Assembly (NCBI GenBank): GCA_963710245.1
Contig: CAVPZK010000020.1
Location: 21,193-85,192, forward strand
From: an uncultured Alphaproteobacteria bacterium
Lineage (GTDB): Bacteria; Pseudomonadota; Alphaproteobacteria; Rhizobiales; Methyloligellaceae
DNA length: 64,000 nt
Direction: 5' to 3'
The position numbers were made by a program, and so were the translations under genes. Positions 21,343-33,196 of the stretch are shown in pieces. Below the pieces are notes generated by a model. That model saw only the letters and a program-made list of their open reading frames with translations. It was not told where the DNA came from and searched no databases. Position 1 is the stretch's first letter; the number at the start of each line of letters is the position of its first letter.

Positions 21343-21516
21343 CCAAGTTCACGGAAAACCAAGCCGGACCTTTGGGCGCTCCTCTGCGGAAGGCCGCAAC
21401 GCTTGCGAACGAGCGCGTTCTCCCACCCCGTGAGCGTGTTATAGCGTAGCCCCCATAGAGCCGGTAGGCCAGTCGCCGTTGAGGGTGCGACAAGGCCGCT
21501 GACAGGAGAATTAAGC

Positions 21517-22926
21517 ATGCCTGAAGGGTCCCCAACTTCCGCGCGCATCGAAACCGATTCTCTTGGCCAAATCGAAGTGGCCAACGACAGCTATTGGGGC
21601 GCCCAGACCGAACGCTCGCGCCGGAATTTCAGGATCGGCGAGGAAAAAATGCCGAAGCCGATGATCCGCGCCATCGCGCTGGTCAAGAAGGCGGCGGCCC
21701 TCACCAACCACGAAATCGGCCTCCTCGAAGAGCGGCTGGCAAAGGCAATCGCCGCCGCTGCCGACGAGGTGATTGAGAACAAGCTCGATGCTCATTTCCC
21801 CCTGGTCGTCTGGCAAACCGGATCCGGAACCCAGAGCAACATGAACGTCAACGAAGTCATTGCGAACCGCGCCAGCGAATTGCTGGGCGGTACTCTTGGT
21901 TCAAAACGCCCGGTACACCCCAATGATCACGTCAATCTCGGTCAATCTTCGAACGATGTCTTTCCCACGGCTATGCATATTGCCGCGGCTAAGGAAATGG
22001 CCCACCGGCTCAACCCTGCGCTTTCCCGGCTATACCAGGCGCTCAAGGACAAAGCTGAGGCGTTTCAGGACATTCTCAAGATCGGCCGTACGCACCTCCA
22101 AGACGCAACGCCGCTCACTTTAGGGCAAGAATTCGGCGGCTATGCGGCGCAGATCGATCACGGCATCGAACGCATCAAGCTCACTCTCCACGGCCTCTAT
22201 GAGTTGGCTCAAGGCGGCACGGCGGTGGGGACTGGGCTCAACACCAGCCCCCTGTTCGCTGAAGCCTTCGCCGCCAAGATCGCGGAGATGACGAAGCTTC
22301 CCTTCGTCAGCGCCGAGAACAAGTTCGAGGCGCTCGCCGCGCATGATTCCTTCGTGTTCGCGCACGGCGCGCTCAACACGGTGGCGGTGTCGCTGTTCAA
22401 GATCGCAAGCGACATCAGGCTGCTCGGCTCGGGCCCGCGCTCCGGATTTGGCGAGTTGATCCTGCCGGAAAACGAGCCCGGGTCGTCGATCATGCCCGGC
22501 AAGGTGAATCCCACGCAATGCGAAGCGGTGACCATGGTGGCGGCGCAAGTGATGGGCAACAACACGACCATTACGTTCGCCGGAAGCCAAGGCCATCTCG
22601 AGCTCAACGTGTTCAAGCCGGTGATCGCCTACACCATGCTGCAGTCGATCAGGCTGCTGACCGACGTGGCCGACAGCTTCCGCGAGAAATGCATTGTCGG
22701 CATCGAGCCCGACCGAGCGTGCATCAAGGATCACATGGAGCGCTCGCTGATGCTGGTCACGGCGCTGGCGCCCTCGATCGGCTACGATAAGGCAAGCGAG
22801 ATCGCCAAGGCTGCGCACAAAAACGGCACGACCTTGCGCGAGGAGGCGGTGCGTCTCGGCCATGTGAAGCCCGAGGAGTTCGATCGTCTGGTGCGGCCCG
22901 AGGACATGGTCGGTCCCAAGCGCTAG
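21517..22926 (+). CDS. fumC: Class II fumarate hydratase
   Basis: [38 protein letters not shown]. Confidence 0.98.
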   Translation: MPEGSPTSARIETDSLGQIEVANDSYWGAQTERSRRNFRIGEEKMPKPMIRAIALVKKAAALTNHEIGLLEERLAKAIAAAADEVIENKLDAHFPLVVWQTGSGTQSNMNVNEVIANRASELLGGTLGSKRPVHPNDHVNLGQSSNDVFPTAMHIAAAKEMAHRLNPALSRLYQALKDKAEAFQDILKIGRTHLQDATPLTLGQEFGGYAAQIDHGIERIKLTLHGLYELAQGGTAVGTGLNTSPLFAEAFAAKIAEMTKLPFVSAENKFEALAAHDSFVFAHGALNTVAVSLFKIASDIRLLGSGPRSGFGELILPENEPGSSIMPGKVNPTQCEAVTMVAAQVMGNNTTITFAGSQGHLELNVFKPVIAYTMLQSIRLLTDVADSFREKCIVGIEPDRACIKDHMERSLMLVTALAPSIGYDKASEIAKAAHKNGTTLREEAVRLGHVKPEEFDRLVRPEDMVGPKR

Positions 22927-22928
22927 GC

Positions 22929-23165
22929 ATGGCGCAGCCCCGCAACAAGCGCTCACTGAGCATCGCGCGGCACCGCACATCCATCTCGCTCGAAGACGAG
23001 TTCTGGGATGCGCTGCTCAAAATCGCCCGCGCAGACGGCAAGTCGGTCGCGGCGCTGGTCGGCGAGATCGACAAAAACCGGAGCGGCAAGGCAAGCCCAC
23101 AAGGAAGCCTGTCGGCGGCGATCCGCGTCTATGTGCTGGAGCGCATGAAGCGCGGCCAGGCTTAG
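22929..23165 (+). CDS. Ribbon-helix-helix domain protein (RHH_4 type)
   Basis: KRSLSIARHRTSISLEDEFWDAL...SLSAAIRVYVL. Confidence 0.85.
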   Translation: MAQPRNKRSLSIARHRTSISLEDEFWDALLKIARADGKSVAALVGEIDKNRSGKASPQGSLSAAIRVYVLERMKRGQA

Positions 23166-26100
23166 CCGCCGCCGAAGATGGGGATGCCCTTCTTCCAATC
23201 GTCAGGTGCTTCAGGCTTCGGCACACGCTTGGGCTTCACGGGACGCGGACGCGGCTTGACCACTTCCACGGTGGCGGGGGTCGGTTCCGCTGCCGGGGGC
23301 GCAGCTGCCTCAGCAGGCGGGGCGGGTGATGCCGGGGGCGCTGGCTCGGCGAGCGGAGACGCCGGTGACGGCGCGGGCGCATCCACCGCCGCGGAGGATG
23401 CCGCCGGCGGTTTCGGCGCCATGACTTCGCCGGGAGGCGTAGGCATCGCCTCGGCAGGCTTGGGTGCCGCCGGTATCACCGGCTCGGTCTGCCAGGCTTC
23501 CTGAAGCAGCTCGATCGCCGACGGCGAGGCCTTGGCCGAGGGCGAGGATTGCGGGATCGCCTGATTGGGCGGCTCTGTCGCGGCGGTCGGGCTCGATTGC
23601 TCAAGCGGCTCAGGCTCGGGCATCGGCGCTGTGTCCGACAGAGGTTCGGCAGGCTCCTCGGGCACCGCCGAGGTGGTCTCCTCTGGCGCTGCATCCGAAG
23701 GCTCGGGCGTGCGGCCGCTCACATCGAGCGTTTCCAGCCGTTCGACGTCCTCCTGCATGCGCCGCATGGTGAGGTAGGCCTCGATGGCAGCAGTGTCGAT
23801 CGCCGGCGTAATCTCACCGGCTTTGTTGAGCGCGCCGGTGAAGAGCAGGCTGACCGGAGGAACGTCCTTGCTGCCCAGGCCGCTCAGGCTCATGACCCAT
23901 TCGCTGTCGAGCTTGAGGCTGGCAAGCTCGACATAGCCATTGATCTTGGTCTCGGCGCCCGTGCTCAACAGTGCCACAGGAGCGAGGCGAAGCGTGCCGT
24001 TCTTCACCTCGAAGGCGAATTTGGCCGGGGCATAGCGATAGATGCCCTTGGTGATCTTCTCGCGCACGCCCTTCGCTTCCGCCTCGATCTCTTCCTTGTC
24101 GACCTTGATGGTCTTCTTGCCTGCCATCGCGGCGACGCCTCGCAACGGCGCCGAGGACAGCGACTGGAGAACGCCGGCGCCCAGCGAGAGCGCGCCCTCC
24201 CCGCTCAAGCCGGCGACCACGCCGGGAGGGCTCAAGCCCTCGCCCTGAACGTTGAAGGCAAGATCGAAGGGACCTTTGACGAGCGCCGCTCCGGTGACGC
24301 TCTTAGAAAAATCCTCCAGCTTCCCGCCTTTCAGATCGGCCCGCGCGGCAAGCTCGGCACCATTGCCGCGCGGCGCGAGGCTGCCGGAAGCAACCAAGTT
24401 CCCGCCGAACAGACGGCCTTTGAGATCGGTGATGGAAAGCCCGTCCTTGCCTATGGCAGCGGTCAACGTGGCGTCTTGCACCTTCACGGCGGAGCCGAGG
24501 GACAAGCGTGTTGGCCTTGAGACTGATCTGTCCTTCGGCCTGCTCGATCGGACCGAGCGAGAAGCCGCGCGCGGGCCAGACCTCCGAGGCGCCGGCGCCG
24601 ATCGCGCCGAGCATCTCCTCGGTCGACGGCGTGCGATGCCACGCCACCAGCACGCCAAGCAGAGACGGCAGCGATATGCTGCCTGCGCTCCCCGAAAGGG
24701 CGAAGCGCGTCTTGGCGCCGCCGAGGTCGAAACGCGCCGAGCCGGCGACGGTCTCGCCGGCGATGCTGCCATTGATGCCGGCAAGATCGATCGCCGAGGC
24801 TTGCTTGGTGAGGTCGAGCTTGAGGCTCAAGGGGATGTTGGCGGCACTCGGCGGCGCCTCGAAGCCGAGCAAAGTCAGCGCGGCGCTCGCATCCCGGCTG
24901 ACCACGGCGCCTTTGCCGGCGAGCGCGAGGCCGTCCGGTTGCAGCGACCCCTGCCCCACAAAGGCGACCTCGATCGGCGCCGTCTCGAGCGCAGCCTGTG
25001 CCGGTGACCTTGGAATTCGGCACGCCCGAGAGCTTCACGATCAGCCTGCCCTGGCTGCCGGCCGGGCGCGACAATGCGTTCGAGCGGAAGATCGGGGAAC
25101 AGCAGGACGAGGAAGGCTTGCGGCTTCTCGCCGGTGACCTTGCCGTCAACGTCGATCTTCGCCTCGCCGGGCTTGGCGGGGTCGCCGAGCGCGCGCGCCA
25201 CAAGCGAGACATCGGAGGTTCCCGCCTTGCCGCCGAGCTCGATGGAGGCATTGGTCAATTCGCCTTCGCGCGCCGCGACGAGGCTGACATGCACGTTCAT
25301 GGGCGCGAGCGTCGACAGATGCATGGAGCGGCTCACGCCCTCGGGCAGACCGAACAGGTCGGCGACGATGCGCAAGCTATCGGCGTTGGCGGCTTGCAGC
25401 GCGAAATCGACCCGGCCCGACGGCTTGTCGTGCAGATGCTCGATGCGGCCCTTGCCGTTCAGCGCCAGCGTGCTCGACGCGGCGAAGTCGAGCTGCTCAA
25501 CGTCCAGCGTGCCGCTCTGCAGCGCGAAGCGCGCATCGAGCTTGCCGGGCGGAATGTTGGGAAGCAGAAGCTCGCCGACGCGTAACGTCACGCGCAGGTC
25601 GTTGTCGGGAAGCTCGGCGAACAGGCTCTTGTCAGCGGCGCCCGCTTCGCTGCTCGCCGACGCCGGCGTCCAGGATTGCCGGAGCGAGCCTTCGCCCATC
25701 AATTCGCGTAAATCGAGACGGTCGCTGTCGAGATTAACCTCGATCAGCGGACGCTCGCCGCCGTGGAGCCGCAAAATGCCGCGGAACTTGGTGCCGCTCA
25801 GCTCGCCAGTGGCGTCGGCAAGATTGAGCTCGCCGTCGCCGATGCTGGCATTGGCCGTGAAGGTGAAATCGCCAATCGAGGCCTGACCCGACATGTCGCG
25901 GTCGCCGGCAGCCCAACGGGTGAGAGGCCGCAAACCGGAGCCTTCCACCTTGACCGGGCCGGCGAACACCGGGCCAAACTCGCCGCGGGTGAGCCGGCCT
26001 GACGTCTCGATGCTGTTATTGCCGGGCAGCACGGCTTTGAGCCGCCCGATCGTCAGCTCGCCGTCTTTGGCGGCGAGCGTCATATCGACGGCGCCGACGA

Positions 26101-27272
26101 GATCGCCGCCGAGGCTCGCCTGCTCGATGGCGACTTGCAGCGTGCCGTCGCGGACCTCGGCCGCCTCACCCAGAACTTCGTCGGCGAACATATAGAGGAC
26201 GGTGGCGGGCGAAGGCCGTCTCCTCGTGCGCCCGGGGACGCGAACAAGGCATCGAGATCGACGAAGCCTGCCGTCAGCGCGCCATTCGCGGTGACGCGCT
26301 CGCCGAAATCGAAGGTCAGCTTGCCCTTGAAGATCTGCGGATGACCCTTGGCGTGGATGGTGAGGTCGAAATCGGGAAACTCGGCGCGGTCCGGCGTCGC
26401 CTTGAGCGGGCCTTTCAACTCGTAGAGCAAGCTCTTGTCGCGCGGCGCGACTCCTGCCGGCTGGGTGTCTTTGCTCAGGCGATCCGGCTCGCCGCTAGTC
26501 GTCCGCCGCTATCGCCAGCGACATTCGCCGCGCGCACGACGATCGTGCCGTCATAGGCCGGCGCGGCGCCGAGCCCGGTCACGCCGCCATCGAGCAGATA
26601 GGTGGTGTTGCGATCGAGGTCGCGGAGCGACGACTTGATGCGGAACAGCCCGGCGGCATCGGGCGCGCTGGTCGAGAATCTGAGCTCCTGCGGACGGCCT
26701 TCGAAGCTGTAATTGGCCGACACCTTGTAGGGACCTGACAACGACTGGGCGTTCGCCTCTCCACTGACGCCGTCTAGGGTGAGCTGCGGCACGCCCTGCT
26801 TGGTGATCTCGACCTTGCCGCCGCTGATGCTGACAGAATTGAGCAACACGTCCTTCGGCGCGAAGGGCAGCGCCACGCCACGGCGTCCCACATCGCTCCA
26901 ATTGCCGGTGCCGTCGGCCTTGAGGTCGAGGCGCAAGACCGGATCGACGATGGCGATCTTGCGCGCCTCTACGGTGCCGCTGAGCAGCGCGCCGATATTG
27001 AGCCAGGCCTCGAGCGAACCCATCTCGAGAAACGGCCGGTCCAGACGACCCTCCTGATCGGCAACCTTGATGTCGTCGAATTTGAGCTCGGGCGCAGGCA
27101 AGAGCACGAGGTGAACCTTGCCGCCGACCTTCACCTGGCGGCCAAGCAGGTTCGTGGCTTGCGTCTCGAAGACGGAGCGATAGTCGTTCCAGTCGATGAA
27201 AAGCGGCGCGGCAAACAGCGCGCTCAAGACCAGAATCAGCAATGCCGTCAAAGTGAGCAGGAGCGAATTCAC
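23162..27272 (-). CDS. Large AsmA-like envelope protein (about 1370 aa if repaired); about 4 frameshifts near 26500, 26220, 24990 and 24500
   Basis: AsmA-type N-terminus (LFAAPLFIDWNDYRSVFETQATNLLGRQVKVGG, LLPAP); successive beta-rich ORF pieces in different frames; Pro/Ala-rich tail. Confidence 0.8.
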
Positions 27273-27351
27273 TGCTGTTCTAACCCAAGGCTAATAGGCG
27301 CGCATCTGTGCGGGAATGCGCCGAGGAACCCGGCTCCCTCGCGACGCGCCG

Positions 27352-28767
27352 TCATGCTAACGCAAAAACCTTGCCAGGATTGAGGATATTCAACGGATCG
27401 AGCGCCTTTTTTATGGCAATCATGGCCTGAACTCCCGGCCCATGCTCGGCAAGCAAGTAGTTAATCTTGCCCTGGCCGATGCCGTGCTCGCCCGTGCACG
27501 TCCCGCCATAGGACAGAGCGCGCTCGATCAGCCGCTCGAGGAAGGCCTGCACCTTCCGCCGCTCCTCGGGATCGGTCGGATCGATCAGAGGCAGGACATG
27601 GAAATTACCGTCCCCCACATGGCCGACGATGGGGGCGAGCAGCCCGAGCCGGTCGATGTCCTGGCGGGTGGCGCTGACGCAGGCGGCTAGCGCTGAGATG
27701 GGCACGCAGACATCGGTCGACAGAACCTCGGCGCCGGGTCTCAGCCCGCGCGCGGACCAATAAGCGTCATGGCGCGCCTGCCAGAGCTTGCTGCGGTCCT
27801 CGGGGCGCTCGGCGTAAGCGTAGTCGCCTCCGCCTTCGGCGCGCGCGATCTCGGCAAACGCCTCGACCTGCTCGCTGGTGGACGAAGGGGTGCCGTGGAA
27901 CTCGAGGAAGAGCGTCGGCGTCTCGGGCAGGCTGAGATGCGAATAGGCATTGCAGGCGCGGATCTGCACCTCGTCGAGCAGCTCGATGCGGGCAAGCGGT
28001 ATGCCCATTTGCAGCGCGGCGATGGTGGCGTTGCAGGCGCCTTCGATCGAGGCGAACGGGCAGACCGCGGAGAGGATCGTCTCGGGGATGCCGTAGAGCT
28101 TGAGCGTGAGGCGGGTGATGACGCCGAGCGTGCCTTCGGAGCCGATCATGAGACGCGTGAGGTCGTAGCCGGCGGATGACTTCCGCGCCCTGCCTCCAGT
28201 CGCAATCACGCTGCCATCGGCCAGCACGGCGTTAAGCCCGAGCACGGCGTCGCGCATCGTGCCGTAGCGCACGGCATTGGTGCCGGAGGCGCGGGTCGCC
28301 GCCATGCCGCCGAGGCTGGCATCGGCGCCCGGGTCGACCGGGAAGAAGAGGCCCGAGTTGCGCAAGTGCTCGTTGAGCGCCTTGCGCGTGACGCCCGGCT
28401 CGACCACGCAATCGAGATCGGCTTCATGCACAGCGAGGATGCGGTTCATGCGCGACAGATCGAGCGAGATACCGCCGAACGGCGCGTTGACGTGACCTTC
28501 GAGCGAGGTGCCGGTGCCGAACGGGATCACCGGCACGCGCGCTTCGGCGCAGAGCTTCACGATTTCGGCCACCTCGGCTTCGGTCTCGGCGAAGACCACC
28601 GCGTCGGGCGGCTCGCGCTTGAGCCAGGTGAGCGTGTTGGCGTGCTGCTCGCGAAGCGCCTGGCCCACCGAGAAACGCTCGCCGAAGCGCGCGGCCAATT
28701 TGGCAAACAGCGCGCGTTTGCTCTCCGCCCTTGAGCGTGCTTCCGGCTCTGCCACGACCGCGGTCAT
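27352..28767 (-). CDS. FAD-linked oxidase (D-lactate dehydrogenase/GlcD family)
   Basis: PFGTGTSLEGHV, FFPVDPGADASLGGMAATRASGTNAVRYG, GHVGDGNFH, TCTGEHGIG. Confidence 0.92.
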   Translation of the reverse strand: MTAVVAEPEARSRAESKRALFAKLAARFGERFSVGQALREQHANTLTWLKREPPDAVVFAETEAEVAEIVKLCAEARVPVIPFGTGTSLEGHVNAPFGGISLDLSRMNRILAVHEADLDCVVEPGVTRKALNEHLRNSGLFFPVDPGADASLGGMAATRASGTNAVRYGTMRDAVLGLNAVLADGSVIATGGRARKSSAGYDLTRLMIGSEGTLGVITRLTLKLYGIPETILSAVCPFASIEGACNATIAALQMGIPLARIELLDEVQIRACNAYSHLSLPETPTLFLEFHGTPSSTSEQVEAFAEIARAEGGGDYAYAERPEDRSKLWQARHDAYWSARGLRPGAEVLSTDVCVPISALAACVSATRQDIDRLGLLAPIVGHVGDGNFHVLPLIDPTDPEERRKVQAFLERLIERALSYGGTCTGEHGIGQGKINYLLAEHGPGVQAMIAIKKALDPLNILNPGKVFALA

Positions 28768-28828
28768 GGCGTCATCTTATAGGGTGCTTCGCGCGCGAAA
28801 ACTTAGGGTTTTCCGCCGGTCAAAGCGG

Positions 28829-29491
28829 CTAGAGGCCGACCACCGACATCACGGCGGCGAAATGGCAGCTCGCCGCCGAGAGCACGAAACCGTGCCAGAT
28901 GGCGTTCTGATAGGGCAGCCGCTCCCAGAGATGGAACACGACGCCGATGGTGTAGAGCACGCCGCCAACCATGAGCAGCGTCAGCACAGTGCCCGGCAGC
29001 GCCGACATCAGGGGCTCCCACGCCGCCAGCACGGCCCAGCCCTGCACCAGATAGAGCGCGGTCGAGAGCCCGTCGAGGAAACGCGGGAGGAACAGTTTGA
29101 TGACCATGCCGATGGCCGCCATCGTCCACACCACGGCGAGCAAGCCGAAGCCCCAAGGCGTTTGCATCTTGATCAGAATGAAGGGCGTGTAGGTGCCGGC
29201 GATCATCAGGAAGATCGCGGCGTGGTCGAGCCGGCGCAGGACCTCCTTGATCTTGGGTCGTGCCACGAGATGATAGCCGGCGGAGAAGCCGAACGTCGCA
29301 ACCAAGGCGAGCCCATAAATGGTGAGGCTCACCACCCAGGGCAGCGTCTGCGATCTAATGCCGATGACGAGGAGCGCAGTCAGACCGACAAGGCTCGCGG
29401 TTACCCCAAGCACGTGGATGCAGCCGTCGGCCACGCGCTCACGGATGGTGTAGTTCGGAAAATCGGCGACGCTGTCTCTAATCCGGCTCAT
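28829..29491 (-). CDS. Hemolysin III/PAQR family membrane protein
   Basis: ERVADGCIHVLG, RRLDHAAIFLMIAGTYTPF, HAIWHGFV-like C-terminus. Confidence 0.9.
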   Translation of the reverse strand: MSRIRDSVADFPNYTIRERVADGCIHVLGVTASLVGLTALLVIGIRSQTLPWVVSLTIYGLALVATFGFSAGYHLVARPKIKEVLRRLDHAAIFLMIAGTYTPFILIKMQTPWGFGLLAVVWTMAAIGMVIKLFLPRFLDGLSTALYLVQGWAVLAAWEPLMSALPGTVLTLLMVGGVLYTIGVVFHLWERLPYQNAIWHGFVLSAASCHFAAVMSVVGL

Positions 29492-29657
29492 GTATTCGAC
29501 TCAGGTAAGCGAAACACGGTTGATAAACAAGCTTACACGCCCTGTGGCGATGATGAGGCATCAACGTTTCGCGGCCATAACCGTTCGCGCGCGCGAATTG
29601 TCGCGCGGACCCAAAAGCGGTGTCCAAGCCGGGCAATGACAATCGGAAGTGAGAGCG

Positions 29658-30041
29658 CTATTGGCCGCAGACGCTCGAGCCCGTGGTGCAGACATAAGGC
29701 ACGACCACGCCGGTGAAGCAGGTGGTGTAGAAGCGCGAGGTGACGATGTCGGGCTTCAGTTGGGCATCCCTCGGAACTCCATCGGGGCGCACGGCCTTCC
29801 AGAACGGATCGCCTTTCACCCGATATGCGTAAAGCGTGACGTAGCTCCACCGTTTGGCACGCTTCAACTCGGAGGCGCTCTGGAGGGTCAGCGCTTGCGA
29901 GCTCTTGGCGGCGCCGGCTTTGGAACCTGCGCTCGCGGTGGCCTTGATCAGCTGGCATGCCGCCTCGGCAGGCTGGATCGCGCCAATGGCCACAATCGCA
30001 ACTCCGAGCACAGCGATGCCCATCCTCAAAACTTGAAGCAT
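29658..30041 (-). CDS. Hypothetical secreted protein, 4 Cys
   Basis: Signal peptide ending AEA; fills the gap between two recognised genes; no family recognised. Confidence 0.7.
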   Translation of the reverse strand: MLQVLRMGIAVLGVAIVAIGAIQPAEAACQLIKATASAGSKAGAAKSSQALTLQSASELKRAKRWSYVTLYAYRVKGDPFWKAVRPDGVPRDAQLKPDIVTSRFYTTCFTGVVVPYVCTTGSSVCGQ

Positions 30042-30285
30042 GTTCCCGTTCTCCCGACTGACGGTGGAAGATTTGTTTGGCAGTGACGCCGAATCACCGC
30101 AACGGCAATAACAGAGTTTCCCTGCGGTTTATTGTCAGAATCCAAGCTTGGCGTTTTCCGTGGCGGGGCGTCAAGCTTCTATCGCGGGGCTGGGATATTT
30201 GGCACCACCCGATGCGCGAAGGTCTCAGTTTTTACCCGCGGCCTCTTTTTTCGGCGCATCCTGCGGATGATATAGTGCTTAGTTC

Positions 30286-32621
30286 ATGACAAAGATTCGC
30301 TCCGAGGCTCCAGCGCTCCCCGCTCCAGAGGATGCAGAGTTGTCGACGTCGCAGCGCGCCATGCGGCTGCGTCCGGCGAGCTATCTCGACGCACTCAATC
30401 CCGAGCAGCGCGAGGCGGTCGAAACGCTCGATGGCCCGCTGCTCGTGCTCGCCGGCGCCGGCACCGGCAAGACCCGGGTGCTGACGACGCGCATTGCCCA
30501 TATTTTGAGCTTGGGCCGGGCGCGGCCGGGACAGATTCTCGCCGTCACCTTCACCAATAAAGCCGCGCGCGAGATGAAAATCCGCATCGGCCAATTGATT
30601 GGCGGCGTGGTCGAAGGCATGCCGTGGCTCGGAACCTTCCACGCCATCGGCGTCAAGATCCTGCGCCGGCATGCCGAGCTGGTCGATCTGAAGCCGTCTT
30701 TCACCGTGCTCGATACCGACGATCAGATCAGGCTGTTGAAGCAACTGCTCGAGGCCGAGAATATCGACGAGAAGCGCTGGCCGGCGCGACTGCTGGCCGC
30801 GATGATCGACGGCTGGAAGAACCGGGGGCTCACGCCGAAACGCGTGCCGGAAGGGGAGAGCTTCGCCTTCGCCAACGGCAAGGCGCGCGAGCTCTACGCG
30901 CTCTATCAGCGGCGGCTGAAGGAGCTGAACGCCGCCGATTTCGGCGATCTGCTGCTGGAAAATCTGCGGCTGTTCCAGGAGCACCCCGACGTGCTCGCAA
31001 AATACCAGCAGCGCTTCCTCTATATGCTGGTGGACGAGTATCAGGACTCCAACGTCGCGCAATATTTGTGGCTGCGGCTGCTCGCGCAGGGCAACGGCAA
31101 TATTTGCTGCGTCGGCGACGACGATCAGTCGATCTATGGCTGGCGCGGCGCCGAGGTGGACAACATCCTGCGCTTCGAGACTGACTTTCCCGGCGCCAAG
31201 ATCATCAGGCTCGAACGCAATTACCGCTCGACCGGCCACATTCTCGGCGCGGCCTCAGGCCTGATCGCACATAACAAAGGCCGCCTCGGCAAGACGCTCC
31301 GCACCGACGGCGAGCTGGGCGGCAAGGTCGAGATCGAAGGCTGCTGGGACGACGAGGAGGAAGCCCGCATCATCGGCGAGGACATCGAGCAGATGCAGCG
31401 GCAGGGCCACGCCTTGAGCGAGGTCGCCATCCTGGTGCGCGCGTCGTTCCAGATGCGCGCCTTCGAGGATCGCTTCATCACGCTCGGCCTGCCCTATCGC
31501 GTGATCGGCGGCCCGCGCTTCTACGAGCGGCAGGAGATCAAGGACGCGACCGCCTATTTCGAGGTGACGCTCAACCCGGCCAACGATCTCAAATTCGAGC
31601 GCATCATCAATACGCCGCGGCGGGGGCTCGGCGAGTCCACGCTGAAATCGCTGCATCAACTCGCCCGCGCCCGCGGCGTGCCGCTGTTTCAGGCGGCCCG
31701 ACTGATCGCCGAGACCGAGGAGCTGAAGCCGAAGCCGCGCAAGGCGCTCGCCGATCTCATCGCCGCGTTCGACCGCTGGCGCTCGCTGATCGAGACGATG
31801 CGGCATACAGAGATCGCCGAGCTGATCCTCGATGAGTTGGGCTATACCGGCATGTGGCAGTCCGAGCGTTCGCCACAGGCACAATCGAAGCTCGAAAACC
31901 TGAAAGAGCTGATCCGCTTCATGGAGGAGTTCGATACGCTCGCCGGTTTCCTCGAGCATGTGTCGCTGGTGATGGACGCGCAGACGGAAGAAGGTGCGGA
32001 GCGCGTCAGCCTGATGACGCTGCATTCGCGCCAAGGGGCTCGAATTCGATACCGTGTTCCTGCCCGGATGGGACGAAGGGCTCCTCCCCCATCAGCGAAG
32101 CTTGGACGAGGCGGGACGCTCAGGCCTCGAAGAGGAGCGGCGGCTCGCCCATGTCGGGCTCACCCGCGCTCGCAAACGCGCCAAGATCACCTTCGCCCAG
32201 AACCGCCGCACGCGCGGGACCTGGCAGACCGCGCTGCCGTCGCGCTTCATCGACGAGCTGCCGGTCGCAAATGTCGAGGTCGCCGAGGATAAGGGCTTGC
32301 GCGGCTACGGGCCGAGCCGCTTCGACACGGCCGAGAATTTGTTCGCCAGCGGCTTCTACGAGACGCCGGGCTGGCAACGCGCGCAACGCAACCGGCCGCA
32401 AGGAACAGGCGCGCCACCCAATCGCGGGCCGATCACCATCGACGGCACTCTGGTCGCATCCGAGCACGGCTGAGGGCGCAGGGCTTGCGGTCGGCACGCG
32501 CGTGTTCCATCAGAAATTCGGTTATGGCCGCATTCTGCATGTCGACGGCAACAAGCTCACCGTCGATTTCGACAAGGCCGGAGAGAAGAAAGTGGTCGAT
32601 AGCTTCGTCGAGCGGGTGTGA
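30286..32621 (+). CDS. uvrD: UvrD/PcrA DNA helicase II; frameshifts near 32028 and 32460
   Basis: [45 protein letters not shown] is restored by removing one base. [13 protein letters not shown] and the C-terminal VFHQKFGYG...KKVVDSFV lie in shifted frames. Confidence 0.95.
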
Positions 32622-33109
32622 TGCGGCCTTCTGTGTTGCTTGCCGTCGCGGTTGCTTGTGTGGCGTCGGGTGCCGGCGCGGCGCCGCTGTGGACCGTCGA
32701 GAAATCCGAGATCGCCTATCTGTTCTACGGCGAGCCTGACCGGCCGCTGCTCTCCATCTCTTGCGGCCAACAGGAAGGCGAGACGGGCAAGGACGAGACG
32801 CGCATCGAGGTCGAGGTCGAAACGGGCACCAAGCCGCCCACGGACAAGGTCGTGCTGCGCATCGAGCAGGACAAAGGCCACAAGGACGTAGCGCTCAAGC
32901 CGCTGATTTGCGGCGGGTTGAGCGAATGCAAGAACCAGCCGGACGGCGAGGTCTATCGCTACGAGACGAGCGTGCCGGGCAAGAGTCTCGCGCTCGACAT
33001 CGCCAATAAGGGCCGGAAGCTCATCATCGATGCGCCGGGGGCGAAGATCGCCGCGCCAGCCGACCCGGCCGCCTTCAAGAAATTCTCAGTGAGCTGCCTG
33101 AATTGGTGA
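32618..33109 (+). CDS. Hypothetical secreted protein
   Basis: Signal peptide (AVAVACVASGAGAA), beta-rich mature part with Cys residues; start overlaps the uvrD stop. Confidence 0.7.
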   Translation: MMRPSVLLAVAVACVASGAGAAPLWTVEKSEIAYLFYGEPDRPLLSISCGQQEGETGKDETRIEVEVETGTKPPTDKVVLRIEQDKGHKDVALKPLICGGLSECKNQPDGEVYRYETSVPGKSLALDIANKGRKLIIDAPGAKIAAPADPAAFKKFSVSCLNW

Positions 33110-33150
33110 GGCGCTCAGAGACGGGATGAGTTCATGGCCTTCCCTAATGA

Positions 33151-33165
33151 GAACAAAACGTGTAC
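33151..33165 (+). promoter_or_regulatory. Alphaproteobacterial LexA (SOS) box GAAC-N7-GTAC
   Basis: GAAC AAAACGT GTAC, overlapping a possible -10 (TACATT, 33163-33168), 31 nt before the ATG at 33197. Confidence 0.65.
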
Positions 33166-33196
33166 ATTGGTCCCGGGTTACAGAGGGAGGTGCCTC

